Positions 1-9,933 of a DNA stretch of 64,000 nt are shown in pieces. The notes under the pieces are model-generated. The model did no database searches. It worked only from the letters and a program-made list of their open reading frames with translations, and was not told the DNA's origin. Positions within the stretch are counted from its first letter, which is position 1. The number at the start of each line of letters is the position of its first letter. Source of the stretch: a virus (taxonomy: Duplodnaviria > Caudoviricetes); IMG/VR virus record IMGVR_UViG_3300037504_000149, one strand, 5' to 3'. A program made the translations under genes and the position numbers.

Positions 1-465
1 TTTGAAGATACGTTTGAAAACATAGGACAATACCTAAAAAACAAGCGGAAAGTATTGATAGAAGAGTATGGTATGCCTATGACGTATCGTATTGAGAAGT
101 ATGTTAAGTATACTAAAATTGTAAACTTCTTAGGATTAAAACTAGGAATACCAGAAGGACATACCTTTTATATTAACTTTGGAACGTTTGAGGGGAAGCG
201 TATAATAGAGCTAAGTTATAGAGAGGAGATGTGTTGTCCTAAACTTATTGCTGATGATAATGGTATGTGCGAAGAGGTAGACCTCCGCGTGTTCCCTGGT
301 GCAGTTAAATTCCTTAAGAATTTAGAAAAAATATACTTAGAACAGGAAAGGCAAAAAAAAGAAGAAAAGCAACGCAAAAGAGAAGATAGAAAGAGGAAAG
401 AAGAGCTTCTTTTATCCAAACTAAGGGAGGATAATGAAAAAGGAGTCAGAGATGACGCGCAATGA
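1..465 (+). CDS. hypothetical protein, 5'-partial
   Basis: Frame open from base 1 to TGA at 465; charged C-terminus. Confidence 0.6.
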   Translation, partial: FEDTFENIGQYLKNKRKVLIEEYGMPMTYRIEKYVKYTKIVNFLGLKLGIPEGHTFYINFGTFEGKRIIELSYREEMCCPKLIADDNGMCEEVDLRVFPGAVKFLKNLEKIYLEQERQKKEEKQRKREDRKRKEELLLSKLREDNEKGVRDDAQ

Positions 466-628
466 ATTGAAGAAAAACCTAGCAGATGCCATTACAAAAG
501 CAGCTCGGGAACTTTCGGGATACCCTAATGGCAACGCGGGGGAACAACGAAAGAATTATGAGACCCTCGTGGACTCATATAAAAAACTCTTCGATGAGGA
601 GCTTCCTCAGGTGCTGGACAGGTTTTAG
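452..628 (+). CDS. hypothetical protein
   Basis: AAGGAG RBS before ATG 452. Confidence 0.55.
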   Translation: MTRNELKKNLADAITKAARELSGYPNGNAGEQRKNYETLVDSYKKLFDEELPQVLDRF

Positions 629-662
629 AACAATGACAGCGTCTATGTTGAAGTAAGATACC

Positions 663-704
663 AGGGCCGGAGCTTTCCGGCTTCGGCCCTACCAACAAAA
701 GGAG
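663..704 (+). repeat. 42-bp direct repeat copy 1 (hairpin + ACCA + RBS)
   Basis: agggccggagctttccggcttcggccctaccaacaaaaggag, identical to 1446-1487. Confidence 0.95.
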
Positions 705-710
705 ATAACG

Positions 711-1418
711 ATGAACAACATATCTATCGAGTTTGACCATAACATGTATTTAGCAGTTCACGCAGAAGAGGATGCACGTACACCAGAAATAATGGTAACA
801 TTGTGTGATAAAGATTCTGCGTCAGAACCAGTAAAAATGGACATGTATGGGCTACTTAAATTACGTACTTTTTTAAGTAAGTTACGTGGTATTAAAGCTA
901 TGCAGACATGCTCATACAGCATACCAGGTGGCATAACGGCTACCTATAAGTACCTTGAAGATAAGGATATTCATATAGGTAGTACCTTGGCAAGAGAACC
1001 AGCTATACATATGACGAGTGAGACTGCAGAAAGTTTGCATAAAGCTATCAACATAGTTTGTGATTTAATAGACCGCAATCGTAGGGGTATAATAACTATA
1101 CACACTCAGTATAAGCAACATAAGAGAGCGGGAAATAATGAAATATATAGGAAGAAAAACAGAAAGGAGATGGCAAAACGTACACCAGATTTTGTAGTTC
1201 GCGCACAAAAAGCTGAAGACGAGGCTTATTCAGTTTACAAAAAAGTACGGAGCTACGAAAAGGATGCAGAAGAGTATTTGGAAGCTGCGGTTGCGTATGC
1301 TGAAGCAGCTAGAATTTACGCTGAAGATAAGTATAAGGCTGAAGCAGGTAGAATTTACGCTGAAGCTAAGCGTAAGTGGGAAAAAGCGGCAGCTAAACAT
1401 ATGGAAGAGAAACTGTAG
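711..1418 (+). CDS. hypothetical protein
   Basis: 235-aa ORF, strong RBS, helical C-terminal repeat (AEAxRIYAE twice). Confidence 0.75.
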   Translation: MNNISIEFDHNMYLAVHAEEDARTPEIMVTLCDKDSASEPVKMDMYGLLKLRTFLSKLRGIKAMQTCSYSIPGGITATYKYLEDKDIHIGSTLAREPAIHMTSETAESLHKAINIVCDLIDRNRRGIITIHTQYKQHKRAGNNEIYRKKNRKEMAKRTPDFVVRAQKAEDEAYSVYKKVRSYEKDAEEYLEAAVAYAEAARIYAEDKYKAEAGRIYAEAKRKWEKAAAKHMEEKL

Positions 1419-1445
1419 AGGGACGTAGAAGAAACTGCGCCCTAA

Positions 1446-1487
1446 AGGGCCGGAGCTTTCCGGCTTCGGCCCTACCAACAAAAGGAG
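1446..1487 (+). repeat. 42-bp direct repeat copy 2
   Basis: Identical to 663-704. Confidence 0.95.
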
Positions 1488-1492
1488 GAAAG

Positions 1493-1801
1493 ATGAAAAC
1501 TTTATACAAGTCTTTTCGATGTTGTGATAACGCTTACTATTACCGATGCGCTATTGTTGTAGCAGAAGACGAAACAGAAGCAAGCAGTTTGCTATATGCT
1601 CGTGCAGAGGAAAATGAAGAAGTATACCCTAGGGGTTGGTGGCATGATGTATCTCACCGTCCATTAGGGAAGATTGAATTGAAGCGAGGCGAAGATCCCA
1701 TCTTGTGGTATGATAGTGCAAACATAGTTTCTCTGCTTACTAAAGGAGAAGAGTTGTTTGAGGCTATGAAACAGTTATATTCTTCTAAGAGGAGAAAGTA
1801 G
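1493..1801 (+). CDS. hypothetical protein
   Basis: AGGAGG RBS, 102 aa. Confidence 0.7.
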   Translation: MKTLYKSFRCCDNAYYYRCAIVVAEDETEASSLLYARAEENEEVYPRGWWHDVSHRPLGKIELKRGEDPILWYDSANIVSLLTKGEELFEAMKQLYSSKRRK

Positions 1802-1868
1802 AGGATAAAAAAGGAAGCTTAACGGAAAAAGTCCCGCACCCTGTGTGGAAAAAAGGAAGGAGAGAACG

Positions 1869-2138
1869 ATGCGAAAGCTAACTGAAGTACGAGATGGTAG
1901 CGGTCGAAATATAGAATTGCACGATGCTAAGTATAGCTCCAAATGGGAAATAAGCATCCTAGGGAATGGTGATCAAAGTGTTCCTGTTACCATAACAGCA
2001 GAGGAAGTAGAGGTAACCTCAGATGGTCGTGAAATGCCGACAGACTGGGTTTACTTTGTCGTGGACGATGCACGGAAAGTAGGTATTGATCGTTTTCTTT
2101 TAACATATCGCGAGTGTGATAGAGAATCGGCTAACTAA
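1869..2138 (+). CDS. hypothetical protein
   Basis: AAGGAG RBS before ATG 1869. Confidence 0.65.
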   Translation: MRKLTEVRDGSGRNIELHDAKYSSKWEISILGNGDQSVPVTITAEEVEVTSDGREMPTDWVYFVVDDARKVGIDRFLLTYRECDRESAN

Positions 2139-2153
2139 AACAGAGGAACAATA

Positions 2154-2744
2154 ATGTCTAATTTTCTAGTTTGGGATCGTTACTTTTTGCGTATCGCACG
2201 TGAAATCGGTAAAAAGGCTAACTGTTCATCAAGAAAAATTGGTGCGGTACTTACTAGAGATAATTGTATTATATCTACAGGTATGAATGGATCACCTATG
2301 GGTATACCACATTGTAAAGATCGTTTTTATTCCTTCGAAGAAGTTATGACATTTGCCGAAGTAGTAGCTTCATCTATTGATCTAGAATACATTAAGGATA
2401 AACAAAGTAAAGGACATTACAAAGATAGCGAAGAAAATTTTAAACCTGGTTGTCCTCGGCGTATTCTAGGCTTCCCCAGTGGTACTGGTTTATCATTATG
2501 TAATGCTGGACACGCTGAGCGTAATGCACTTATTTTAGCTGCCCGTAACGGTATAAAGACTTGTGGTAGTACATTAGTATGTTACTGTGGTATTCCTTGC
2601 AAAGACTGTATTATCGAGATAATTAACGCTGGTGTAGAAAGTTTAGTTTGCTTAAAAACAGATATTACTTATGATAATTACAACATATGGTTACTTAATA
2701 ACAGTAATATCAGTGTACGTACTTATAGTAAGGAAATGTTATAG
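2154..2744 (+). CDS. dCMP deaminase
   Basis: CSSRKIGAV, GMNGSP, HAERNA and PCKDC zinc-deaminase motifs. Confidence 0.92.
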   Translation: MSNFLVWDRYFLRIAREIGKKANCSSRKIGAVLTRDNCIISTGMNGSPMGIPHCKDRFYSFEEVMTFAEVVASSIDLEYIKDKQSKGHYKDSEENFKPGCPRRILGFPSGTGLSLCNAGHAERNALILAARNGIKTCGSTLVCYCGIPCKDCIIEIINAGVESLVCLKTDITYDNYNIWLLNNSNISVRTYSKEML

Positions 2745-2836
2745 TTTTTATGCGATAGAAGTTAACTAGTATAAAATTAAAGTAGAAAATAACTACATAA
2801 ACACTAATCAAACCTAAGATATGTAGTAAAATTTCC

Positions 2837-2865
2837 TTGACATTTTCAATTACTTTTGCTATACT
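2837..2865 (+). promoter_or_regulatory. sigma70-type promoter
   Basis: TTGACA-17-TATACT with extended TG. Confidence 0.8.
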
Positions 2866-2895
2866 GTTTGTGTTGGCATTCGTGACGGAGGGGAC

Positions 2896-3486
2896 ATGGG
2901 ATTATATTCTGCTAATTTGTCTACAAAAGTAGACTGGATCAAAGATCAGCATAATGCTGTAAACCATATGTACGGTGAGCATCCTTACACTTTTCATCTA
3001 AATGCGGCTGTTGAGGAAACTATTCATTGGTTTCACTTTTCTGAACCTATTAAAGACCATTTTCATATGTTATTTAAACAGCATGCTTTGGAAGAATTAG
3101 TTCTAGCAACGTGGGGGCATGATTTACTTGAAGATACCCATTGCTCCTATGATGATATCTATAAACATTTAGGTGTTCTTGTAGCAGAAATTATATTTGC
3201 AGTAACCAACAATAAAGGCCGTAATAGAAAAGAACGAGCTGATAAAAACTACTACAAAGGTATAATGACTACCCCTGGAGCAACATTAGTTAAATTGTGT
3301 GATAGAATCGCTAATGTCAAATATAGTAAAGAAACTGGTTCAAGTAAGTATTTTATGTACCGAACTGAGATGCCACATTTTATGGCTAGTTTGTTTCCGG
3401 TAACTACTGATAGGCGTTTTGCTTTATATTTTGATGTTATCACCCATCTTATGTCTCTTTTCGACGATTGGAGTTCTGATGCCTAA
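2896..3486 (+). CDS. HD-domain hydrolase, RelA/SpoT (p)ppGpp-hydrolase-like
   Basis: PYTFHL, GHDLLEDT, VKLCDRIAN motifs. Confidence 0.85.
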   Translation: MGLYSANLSTKVDWIKDQHNAVNHMYGEHPYTFHLNAAVEETIHWFHFSEPIKDHFHMLFKQHALEELVLATWGHDLLEDTHCSYDDIYKHLGVLVAEIIFAVTNNKGRNRKERADKNYYKGIMTTPGATLVKLCDRIANVKYSKETGSSKYFMYRTEMPHFMASLFPVTTDRRFALYFDVITHLMSLFDDWSSDA

Positions 3487-4435
3487 GCATATTTTTAAGC
3501 CGATGAAAGCTCCCTCCAAGGATCTACTCCGGCTGTTTAGTGATGAAAGTGATAAGTTTAATCCTGATAACTTCCCCTTTCAGAATTATGGTGCAAGTGT
3601 TAAATACGATGGTATCCGTGCTGAAATTTCAAATGGAGACATTCTTTCTGCACGTGGTAAAGCTCTAGGTAATAAACATTTCCATGAAGTATTTACACCT
3701 ATTTTTGAATGGTCTAAAGCAAACCCTACCATTCATGTAGAAGGTGAGTTATACCATCCTGATTTAACGTTTCAAGAGATCACTAGTATTGTCCGTTCTC
3801 ACGATGGAGAATTAGATAAACTTGAATTTCATGTGTTCGATTTCCAAGATATTAATATACCTGATAGGATTTTTAAAGAACGTTATTCTCTACTCCGTAG
3901 TCATGTAGAAGCTAATGAATGGGGTGAAGGTATAGTAGCTGTCGAGCAAGAAGTTTTACATAACTACGATGAGTTTTACCAATTATTCACTGATATTACT
4001 GAAGATGGTGGCGAGGGCTTGATGTTGAAAGCTTGGGATTCTCATTATAAATATGGTCGCGCCACTGTTAATCAGGGAACCTTTTTCAAAGTTAAAAAGT
4101 TCCTTACCGCAGACGTTACTATTACAGGATTTATTGAAGGAGAGAAACTAAAGGATGGTGCTGAGGTACGAAAAGGTTATTGGGATGGTCGTACTGAGCG
4201 TTCACGAAAGAAAGCTGACTATCAAAAATCAGGTACACTAGGTGCATTGATTGTGCAATTTGGTGAACATGAAGTTAGGGTAGGTTCTGGATTGAATGAT
4301 TCACTCCGTGAGAAAATATGGCGGAATCAACCTGAGTTTATCGGTCGTACTATTGAGATGCGTTATATGGATTGTGGGCGTAAAAACCTCCCCCGTTTCC
4401 CTACTTTTATTCGATTTAGAGAAGATAAGGATTAA
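3479..4435 (+). CDS. lig: ATP-dependent DNA ligase
   Basis: KYDGIR adenylation motif, EGELY, EGLMLK, LPRFPTF. Confidence 0.95.
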   Translation: MPKHIFKPMKAPSKDLLRLFSDESDKFNPDNFPFQNYGASVKYDGIRAEISNGDILSARGKALGNKHFHEVFTPIFEWSKANPTIHVEGELYHPDLTFQEITSIVRSHDGELDKLEFHVFDFQDINIPDRIFKERYSLLRSHVEANEWGEGIVAVEQEVLHNYDEFYQLFTDITEDGGEGLMLKAWDSHYKYGRATVNQGTFFKVKKFLTADVTITGFIEGEKLKDGAEVRKGYWDGRTERSRKKADYQKSGTLGALIVQFGEHEVRVGSGLNDSLREKIWRNQPEFIGRTIEMRYMDCGRKNLPRFPTFIRFREDKD

Positions 4436-4652
4436 TCTATAATGACATGAGGGGTTGTTATGTATACCAGCGAACAAGTTGTTGTTATACGGCATAAACG
4501 ACCTATTAAGGTTGTATGTGATGTATGTGGTAAATCATCTTATATAGGTTCTATTGAAGGGCTTACTTATACAACAATAAATTTTAATGTTGCAGATCTT
4601 GTCTAACTTTACGTCTATTCTACGTAACTTTCGTGTAACAGAAAGGTCTAAA

Positions 4653-5171
4653 ATGGATAGCTTCATTGAGAGTTTAATGGGTCATAAACGGAAGATTGTT
4701 TCTATAGTAGCTCCTATTGAGGATACTAAAGAAGTTTTAGGTACAAGAGGGTTTACACCTATAAAAGATTTGAAAGTGGGAGATATTGTACAGTATCGTC
4801 CCAAGATTAATCCTAACAAATCACCTATAATGAATCACCCTATTTTGGTTGTCAGGGTTTTCCCAGCACCAAAATGTAACCCTAACGCTGATATAGGTAG
4901 TGTAGCGTTTTCAGAAAGGTATGACTTTGAGGGAGTTTGCTTAATACGTATGTACGAAACAGACGAGGAACCAGACGAAAACGAAATCTTCACTAACCCA
5001 CATACTCAGTCTAAACGACCTGATGAGATGTCAGAAGAGGAGTTCTTGGAGTATTTGGATCAGCAGCATATAGACGAGCCGGAAGATATACAGAAAGCTC
5101 ATACAAAGCTACTTGCAGAATGTATACAAGTGTGTGCATTCGACTCTCGCCGTTTTGAGCGTGTAAATTAA
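4653..5171 (+). CDS. hypothetical protein
   Basis: GAAAGG RBS before ATG 4653. Confidence 0.7.
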   Translation: MDSFIESLMGHKRKIVSIVAPIEDTKEVLGTRGFTPIKDLKVGDIVQYRPKINPNKSPIMNHPILVVRVFPAPKCNPNADIGSVAFSERYDFEGVCLIRMYETDEEPDENEIFTNPHTQSKRPDEMSEEEFLEYLDQQHIDEPEDIQKAHTKLLAECIQVCAFDSRRFERVN

Positions 5172-5193
5172 ATTTTATAAAATGGGGATAATT

Positions 5194-5222
5194 TTGAAAT
5201 ATTCCCCGTTTTATGCTATACT
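5194..5222 (+). promoter_or_regulatory. sigma70-type promoter
   Basis: TTGAAA-17-TATACT with TG; followed by gtttgtgt as in the 2837 promoter. Confidence 0.75.
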
Positions 5223-5244
5223 GTTTGTGTGTCTGGGAGAAAAT

Positions 5245-5595
5245 ATGATTCTATTAGGAGATACGTTTAGTACAATTTATACCCTTGAATTCCACTTCTC
5301 TAGAAAATTAACTGAAGTGGAAAAGGATTATTTTAACGACTTGTATATTACTACATTCACTAAACGTCAATGGACAGAAGCCTATCTTACCGAAGAAGAT
5401 GGACCAGATGATGATACAAGTTTTATAATAACAGAATACTCTAACTTGTCACATTGGCCTTGGTTAAATAAACTGATAACTAAACTTCGAGCAAAGTTTT
5501 TACTACATAAATTTGAGCGAAAGTATAATGTTATGGCAGAATTACGCCATATAGAATTAATACATATTTCATGGTCTGGGGCTTATAGTGAGTAG
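5245..5595 (+). CDS. hypothetical protein
   Basis: GGAG RBS downstream of promoter. Confidence 0.65.
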   Translation: MILLGDTFSTIYTLEFHFSRKLTEVEKDYFNDLYITTFTKRQWTEAYLTEEDGPDDDTSFIITEYSNLSHWPWLNKLITKLRAKFLLHKFERKYNVMAELRHIELIHISWSGAYSE

Positions 5596-6148
5596 AGGTA
5601 CATCGATAGCAGGACGTAAGAACACATCTGGGCCTGACTTTTATTGCACTCCAGAATGGGCAACTCGGGCATTGATGGATAATTGCGCCGAAGTAGGTGG
5701 TTTCGAGGGAACTATTTATGAACCAGCTTCGGGCAATGGGGCAATGGCTAAAGTTATAGAAGACTATTACCCAGATGTAATAGCGTCGGATATCCAAGAA
5801 GAATGCTATGGTGAAAGTAATGTAGACTTTTTAGATATTACAGATTTTAAAGTTGATAATATTATAACAAATCCTCCCTATAAATTAGCTCAAGAATTTG
5901 TAAATAAAGCTTTAGAACTAACTAATTCTAAAGTAGCAATGCTTCTTAAGTTAACCTTTTTAGAAAGCACTAAACGTCATAAATGGTGGAAGACTGTTCC
6001 ACTACGTAAAGTTTGGGTGTTTTCGCGTAGAGTAACAATGTACCCTTACGGTACTGAAAAACCTAAGAATAGTGGTACTATAACATATGCGTGGTTTTTA
6101 TGGGAACACAATTATACAGACGAACCAGTAATAGGATGGATAGAATGA
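5588..6148 (+). CDS. DNA adenine methyltransferase (phage type)
   Basis: DFYCTP, EPASGNG SAM motif, ITNPPY. Confidence 0.9.
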   Translation: MSRGTSIAGRKNTSGPDFYCTPEWATRALMDNCAEVGGFEGTIYEPASGNGAMAKVIEDYYPDVIASDIQEECYGESNVDFLDITDFKVDNIITNPPYKLAQEFVNKALELTNSKVAMLLKLTFLESTKRHKWWKTVPLRKVWVFSRRVTMYPYGTEKPKNSGTITYAWFLWEHNYTDEPVIGWIE

Positions 6149-6450
6149 TAAAATATACAGTAATAGAAGTAAAGATGAGACAGGATAATACAATTGCTAA
6201 TATAAGTAATTATACATTAGATGATAATAATAGTTTATTGGATTTTATTAAAAAAATATTTATCAAATGGAGTGATAACGAGCAAGATATGTTAGCTGAG
6301 TATGAACCCCATAAACTTATCAAATATATTGAAGATAACAATTCTATAGTTTTAACAGATCCTGATGGTGTAGTTTATCTAATTCAAAGATATATACCAG
6401 AACCTTCAAACTACGATATTGCATACTTTAAAAGTTTGGATAGAAAGTAA
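6145..6450 (+). CDS. hypothetical protein
   Basis: ATGA overlap with upstream gene. Confidence 0.65.
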   Translation: MIKYTVIEVKMRQDNTIANISNYTLDDNNSLLDFIKKIFIKWSDNEQDMLAEYEPHKLIKYIEDNNSIVLTDPDGVVYLIQRYIPEPSNYDIAYFKSLDRK

Positions 6451-6479
6451 CTACAGATAGTATAGTTGGAAAGGATCTT

Positions 6480-6890
6480 ATGTATTTACTGGAGTGGGCA
6501 GGTATTGGTGTAGCTGCTTTTATAATCGCTAAGATTATTATATCTTTCTTCAAAGGTCGTAACACACAACATGCCGTAAATTGTGTGTATTTTAACACTA
6601 ATTCTCCGATAGTGTCTGGTGCAAGAACTAATTGTCAAGTTTGTGGAAAGGTAGATCATTTTGGCTATGTTATTTTGCAAGAGATAGCAGATGAAGTTTA
6701 TGAAAAATGCGGATTATCTAGGGATGGAACTATATGCTTAAATTGTTTACTTCAGGCATGTGAACGGCTAGGTATAGAGCAAAAAGTAGCGGGAGGTTTG
6801 AAAATTGGATTCGTGATGTTTTATAAAAGTATAGAAGATAATACTGAACCTATATTACCAGTACAACCACCTAGTAAGTCAAGTAAATGA
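6480..6890 (+). CDS. membrane-anchored Cys-rich hypothetical protein
   Basis: N-terminal hydrophobic helix, CxxC motifs. Confidence 0.65.
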   Translation: MYLLEWAGIGVAAFIIAKIIISFFKGRNTQHAVNCVYFNTNSPIVSGARTNCQVCGKVDHFGYVILQEIADEVYEKCGLSRDGTICLNCLLQACERLGIEQKVAGGLKIGFVMFYKSIEDNTEPILPVQPPSKSSK

Positions 6891-6900
6891 AAGGTGTTAT

Positions 6901-7125
6901 ATGTTAATTTTACAATGGATTGCAGCAGCACTAGTTAGTGTAGGTGTACTTTTATTGGCATTAAACAGGTTACATAAATTAGGATGGATTTTAGTTTTGA
7001 TTGGAAATGCGGGTTTATTAGTTTGGGGCAGTCTTTCCCATAACGGTGGAGTTGTTATAATGGGGTCTGTCCTTACAGCTTGTGCAATACTTGGGTTAAT
7101 CAAACATAAAGGAATGAAGTCATGA
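6901..7125 (+). CDS. small membrane protein
   Basis: Three hydrophobic segments. Confidence 0.65.
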   Translation: MLILQWIAAALVSVGVLLLALNRLHKLGWILVLIGNAGLLVWGSLSHNGGVVIMGSVLTACAILGLIKHKGMKS

Positions 7126-7751
7126 CTATTGGTAAGTTTGATAGAATACTTTGGTACGACTTAGAAACAACCGGACTTGATGTAAACACACACCATATAA
7201 TGCAATTATCTTATGTCATTGATATTTGTGGTGATGTAGTGTTAGAAAGAGACATAAAGTTTAAACCTTACAATACTGATACTATATCCCCACAAGCATT
7301 AAAAGTGACTGGTATAAATAAAAATGAACTACTCTCCAGAGAAATGACAGCTAAAGATGCTTTTGGACTTTTATTAAGTGATTTGAATAAACATAAAGGA
7401 GGCCAAGGTAAAGGTTCCCCACGATTTATAACAGGTGGGTATAATATTGCTGTGTTTGATAAGAAATTCTTAACTGAATTCTTTGAACTCAACTTATTAA
7501 AAAAATCTTCATGGCCACCTAAATATTATTACTATTTTTACCAACAACCGGTACTAGATGTAATGTACTTTTATATGTCATTAGCGTTAGGAGATCCTCT
7601 TTTAAAAGAGTGGCATGAAACAGAGAAGTTTAATTTAGAGAATATACACGCAATGCTGTTAGAAAAAGATATGAAAGCTCACGATGCTTTAGCAGATATA
7701 CACGCAACTAGAGATATATATTACGCACTTATAGACGTATTGAACATATAA
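7122..7751 (+). CDS. DEDDh 3'-5' exonuclease (DnaQ-like)
   Basis: YDLETTG, GYNIAVFD, AHDALAD. Confidence 0.9.
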   Translation: MTIGKFDRILWYDLETTGLDVNTHHIMQLSYVIDICGDVVLERDIKFKPYNTDTISPQALKVTGINKNELLSREMTAKDAFGLLLSDLNKHKGGQGKGSPRFITGGYNIAVFDKKFLTEFFELNLLKKSSWPPKYYYYFYQQPVLDVMYFYMSLALGDPLLKEWHETEKFNLENIHAMLLEKDMKAHDALADIHATRDIYYALIDVLNI

Positions 7752-7761
7752 GGAGATATTT

Positions 7762-8244
7762 ATGGAACGCAAATCACTGGATAACGAACTACGTAGATTG
7801 GAAGATACGCTTAATGTCAGAATAAGTGCTTACTTCCACCCTAAAGAACATACGGTTAGATTGGTTATCAAAGATAAATATGATCAAGAAAATGATTTAA
7901 CGGTAAACTTTTCTTATTACAAATTATTTAAAATAAATTATAACACTGAAGTTAATTATGATTTATTGGAATATGTTCTCAATCAAGTAGTTATGAAGTA
8001 TTGGAACACACCTACTGATAATAAATTAAGAACTATTGAGGAAATGATTAATCTTGGTGAGGCAAACGTGAAAAGTAAGGAAGAGTATCGAAGAAGAAGT
8101 GAACGCTCAGGTGTTGCTTGCCCTCTATGTGGTAAGGAAATGAGAATTAAAGAGAAAATGCTATATACCTCAGATTCTACGTTACCAAGCACGACATTTG
8201 CGTGTGACTCTTGTGACAACGAGGTAACTATACAAGGAGTTTAG
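7762..8244 (+). CDS. hypothetical protein with C-terminal zinc ribbon
   Basis: CPLC...CDSC. Confidence 0.7.
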   Translation: MERKSLDNELRRLEDTLNVRISAYFHPKEHTVRLVIKDKYDQENDLTVNFSYYKLFKINYNTEVNYDLLEYVLNQVVMKYWNTPTDNKLRTIEEMINLGEANVKSKEEYRRRSERSGVACPLCGKEMRIKEKMLYTSDSTLPSTTFACDSCDNEVTIQGV

Positions 8245-8246
8245 AT

Positions 8247-8630
8247 ATGGTTACTGACCAGGACATTATAGAATTACTAGCTAATGAAATACAAGACCTA
8301 GAAGCAATATTGTATAATTTGTGGGACAATTTACATATACTCCACATTACTACTAATAATTTAGTAGAACATCTAAAAGATGAACCGTTATGTGATAAGA
8401 ATTATAAGAAATTGTACTTGCATGGTCTTGAAAAAATAAAAACAGGTATATCTAATGACCATTCTTACGAATCTAATTGTGAATATACGTTATACGATTT
8501 ACTTTTAGATACATACAACGATTATTTAGTTAAAATTGAGGAATATAAAAAATTAACAAAATTTGATCCTGTTAAAGAGTTTGATTTAGAGTTTGAACTA
8601 CCTGAATGGATTTTACCAGAGGAAGAGTAA
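8247..8630 (+). CDS. hypothetical protein
   Basis: AAGGAG RBS, 127 aa. Confidence 0.7.
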   Translation: MVTDQDIIELLANEIQDLEAILYNLWDNLHILHITTNNLVEHLKDEPLCDKNYKKLYLHGLEKIKTGISNDHSYESNCEYTLYDLLLDTYNDYLVKIEEYKKLTKFDPVKEFDLEFELPEWILPEEE

Positions 8631-8632
8631 TT

Positions 8633-9244
8633 ATGGAGGACGACCCGAATAAGCAACCTAAAAAACACAATTATATAAAGCGTATAGCCGTCTTCGATAT
8701 TGACGATGTACTGCCGTACATTTGTTATAGCTCTAAAGATCCCGCTTCTAAAAGGAAGTTTGCAGGACATGAGGTTAATTTATCTAATCCTAAATTTATC
8801 TTATTTAGACAATATCTAGATAACTACGGTAAAATATTTTGTGAAAATTGCGGTATTGTAGGAGAATACTTCGCTTTAGAATCAGCTAAGAATGGTGAAG
8901 CTGAAGTACATTTAAATCTTTATGGTTATGATAACGAAGGTGATGAAGTTTTACTAACGCGTGATCATATATTACCGAAGTCTAAGGGTGGTAAAGATGC
9001 GTGTTATAATATGCAGGTATTATGCTTACCTTGTAATAAAGCTAAAGGTGCAAAATTAAAGCATGAATTGTTTATTTCTCAGATGCCTACAGTATCTAGA
9101 GGTAAAATCTTGGGAGCTTTATTTAAGGGTACTAGAAATGCAGGATTGTTTCATCATGAACAAACACCAGTATATATCAATAATAACACTATTAAACCAT
9201 TGTTAAAGTATTTAGAAACTCTTGGTTTAACTATAGAAAATTAA
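8633..9244 (+). CDS. HNH endonuclease
   Basis: CENC...TRDHILPKSKGG...NMQVLCLPCNKAKG. Confidence 0.9.
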   Translation: MEDDPNKQPKKHNYIKRIAVFDIDDVLPYICYSSKDPASKRKFAGHEVNLSNPKFILFRQYLDNYGKIFCENCGIVGEYFALESAKNGEAEVHLNLYGYDNEGDEVLLTRDHILPKSKGGKDACYNMQVLCLPCNKAKGAKLKHELFISQMPTVSRGKILGALFKGTRNAGLFHHEQTPVYINNNTIKPLLKYLETLGLTIEN

Positions 9245-9265
9245 CAGACATTTGATATTAGTTTA

Positions 9266-9357
9266 GGAAGGGTTGACCCCAGTAGGTGCGGGAAGCAGTC
9301 TTGAAAACTGTTGATCGTTAACGCGATTTGTGGGTTCGAGTCCCACCCCTTCCGCCA
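9266..9357 (+). tRNA. tRNA-Ser(UGA)
   Basis: Cloverleaf, loop CTTGAAA, long variable arm, G73-CCA. Confidence 0.92.
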
Positions 9358-9393
9358 ATTTATCTAAGGCGTAACTGTGCTTGGAGATTACTG

Positions 9394-9933
9394 ATGTATA
9401 TATCATGGAAAAAGCTACTAAAAACTGCTCTTCGAGCTTGCTCTAGAGTAGTATCATCCCCCCCTAGTTTATTAATAACTTTCCTTAAATCATCATTACA
9501 GATACTTTTATATAAGAATAAAATCTTTTCCTTCCATAATGCTGTTAGAGCAGCGACATTATTAAAGTTGCCTAACTGGAAGAAGGCTTTAGGAAGGGTG
9601 ATAGCCCACGTTCACCTTAAAGCTAAAAAATATTATGAGGATAAAGTTATCTATCTTCGCAATCATAAAGCTCTTAAAGAGGGCAGGTTAGAAGATGTAG
9701 ATATAGATGCTGTTAGGGCTGCTAAGTCTGCTTCTTGGGTCGCTTATCTTCTTGGTTTCGATGATGTCGATACGACTTCTGCTGGTTGGAATGCTGCTGA
9801 GGCTGTTATGGCTGTTGGTGATGCTGAGTATATTGCTGTTGATGCTGATTATGCTACTTATACTGCTGCTAGAGCTGTTGATAATGTAGATACTCTCATT
9901 GACACCTACTTTGATGTTTTGGAGGAAGTATGA
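9394..9933 (+). CDS. Ala/Trp-repeat paralog 1
   Basis: Homologous to the four following ORFs. Confidence 0.8.
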   Translation: MYISWKKLLKTALRACSRVVSSPPSLLITFLKSSLQILLYKNKIFSFHNAVRAATLLKLPNWKKALGRVIAHVHLKAKKYYEDKVIYLRNHKALKEGRLEDVDIDAVRAAKSASWVAYLLGFDDVDTTSAGWNAAEAVMAVGDAEYIAVDADYATYTAARAVDNVDTLIDTYFDVLEEV

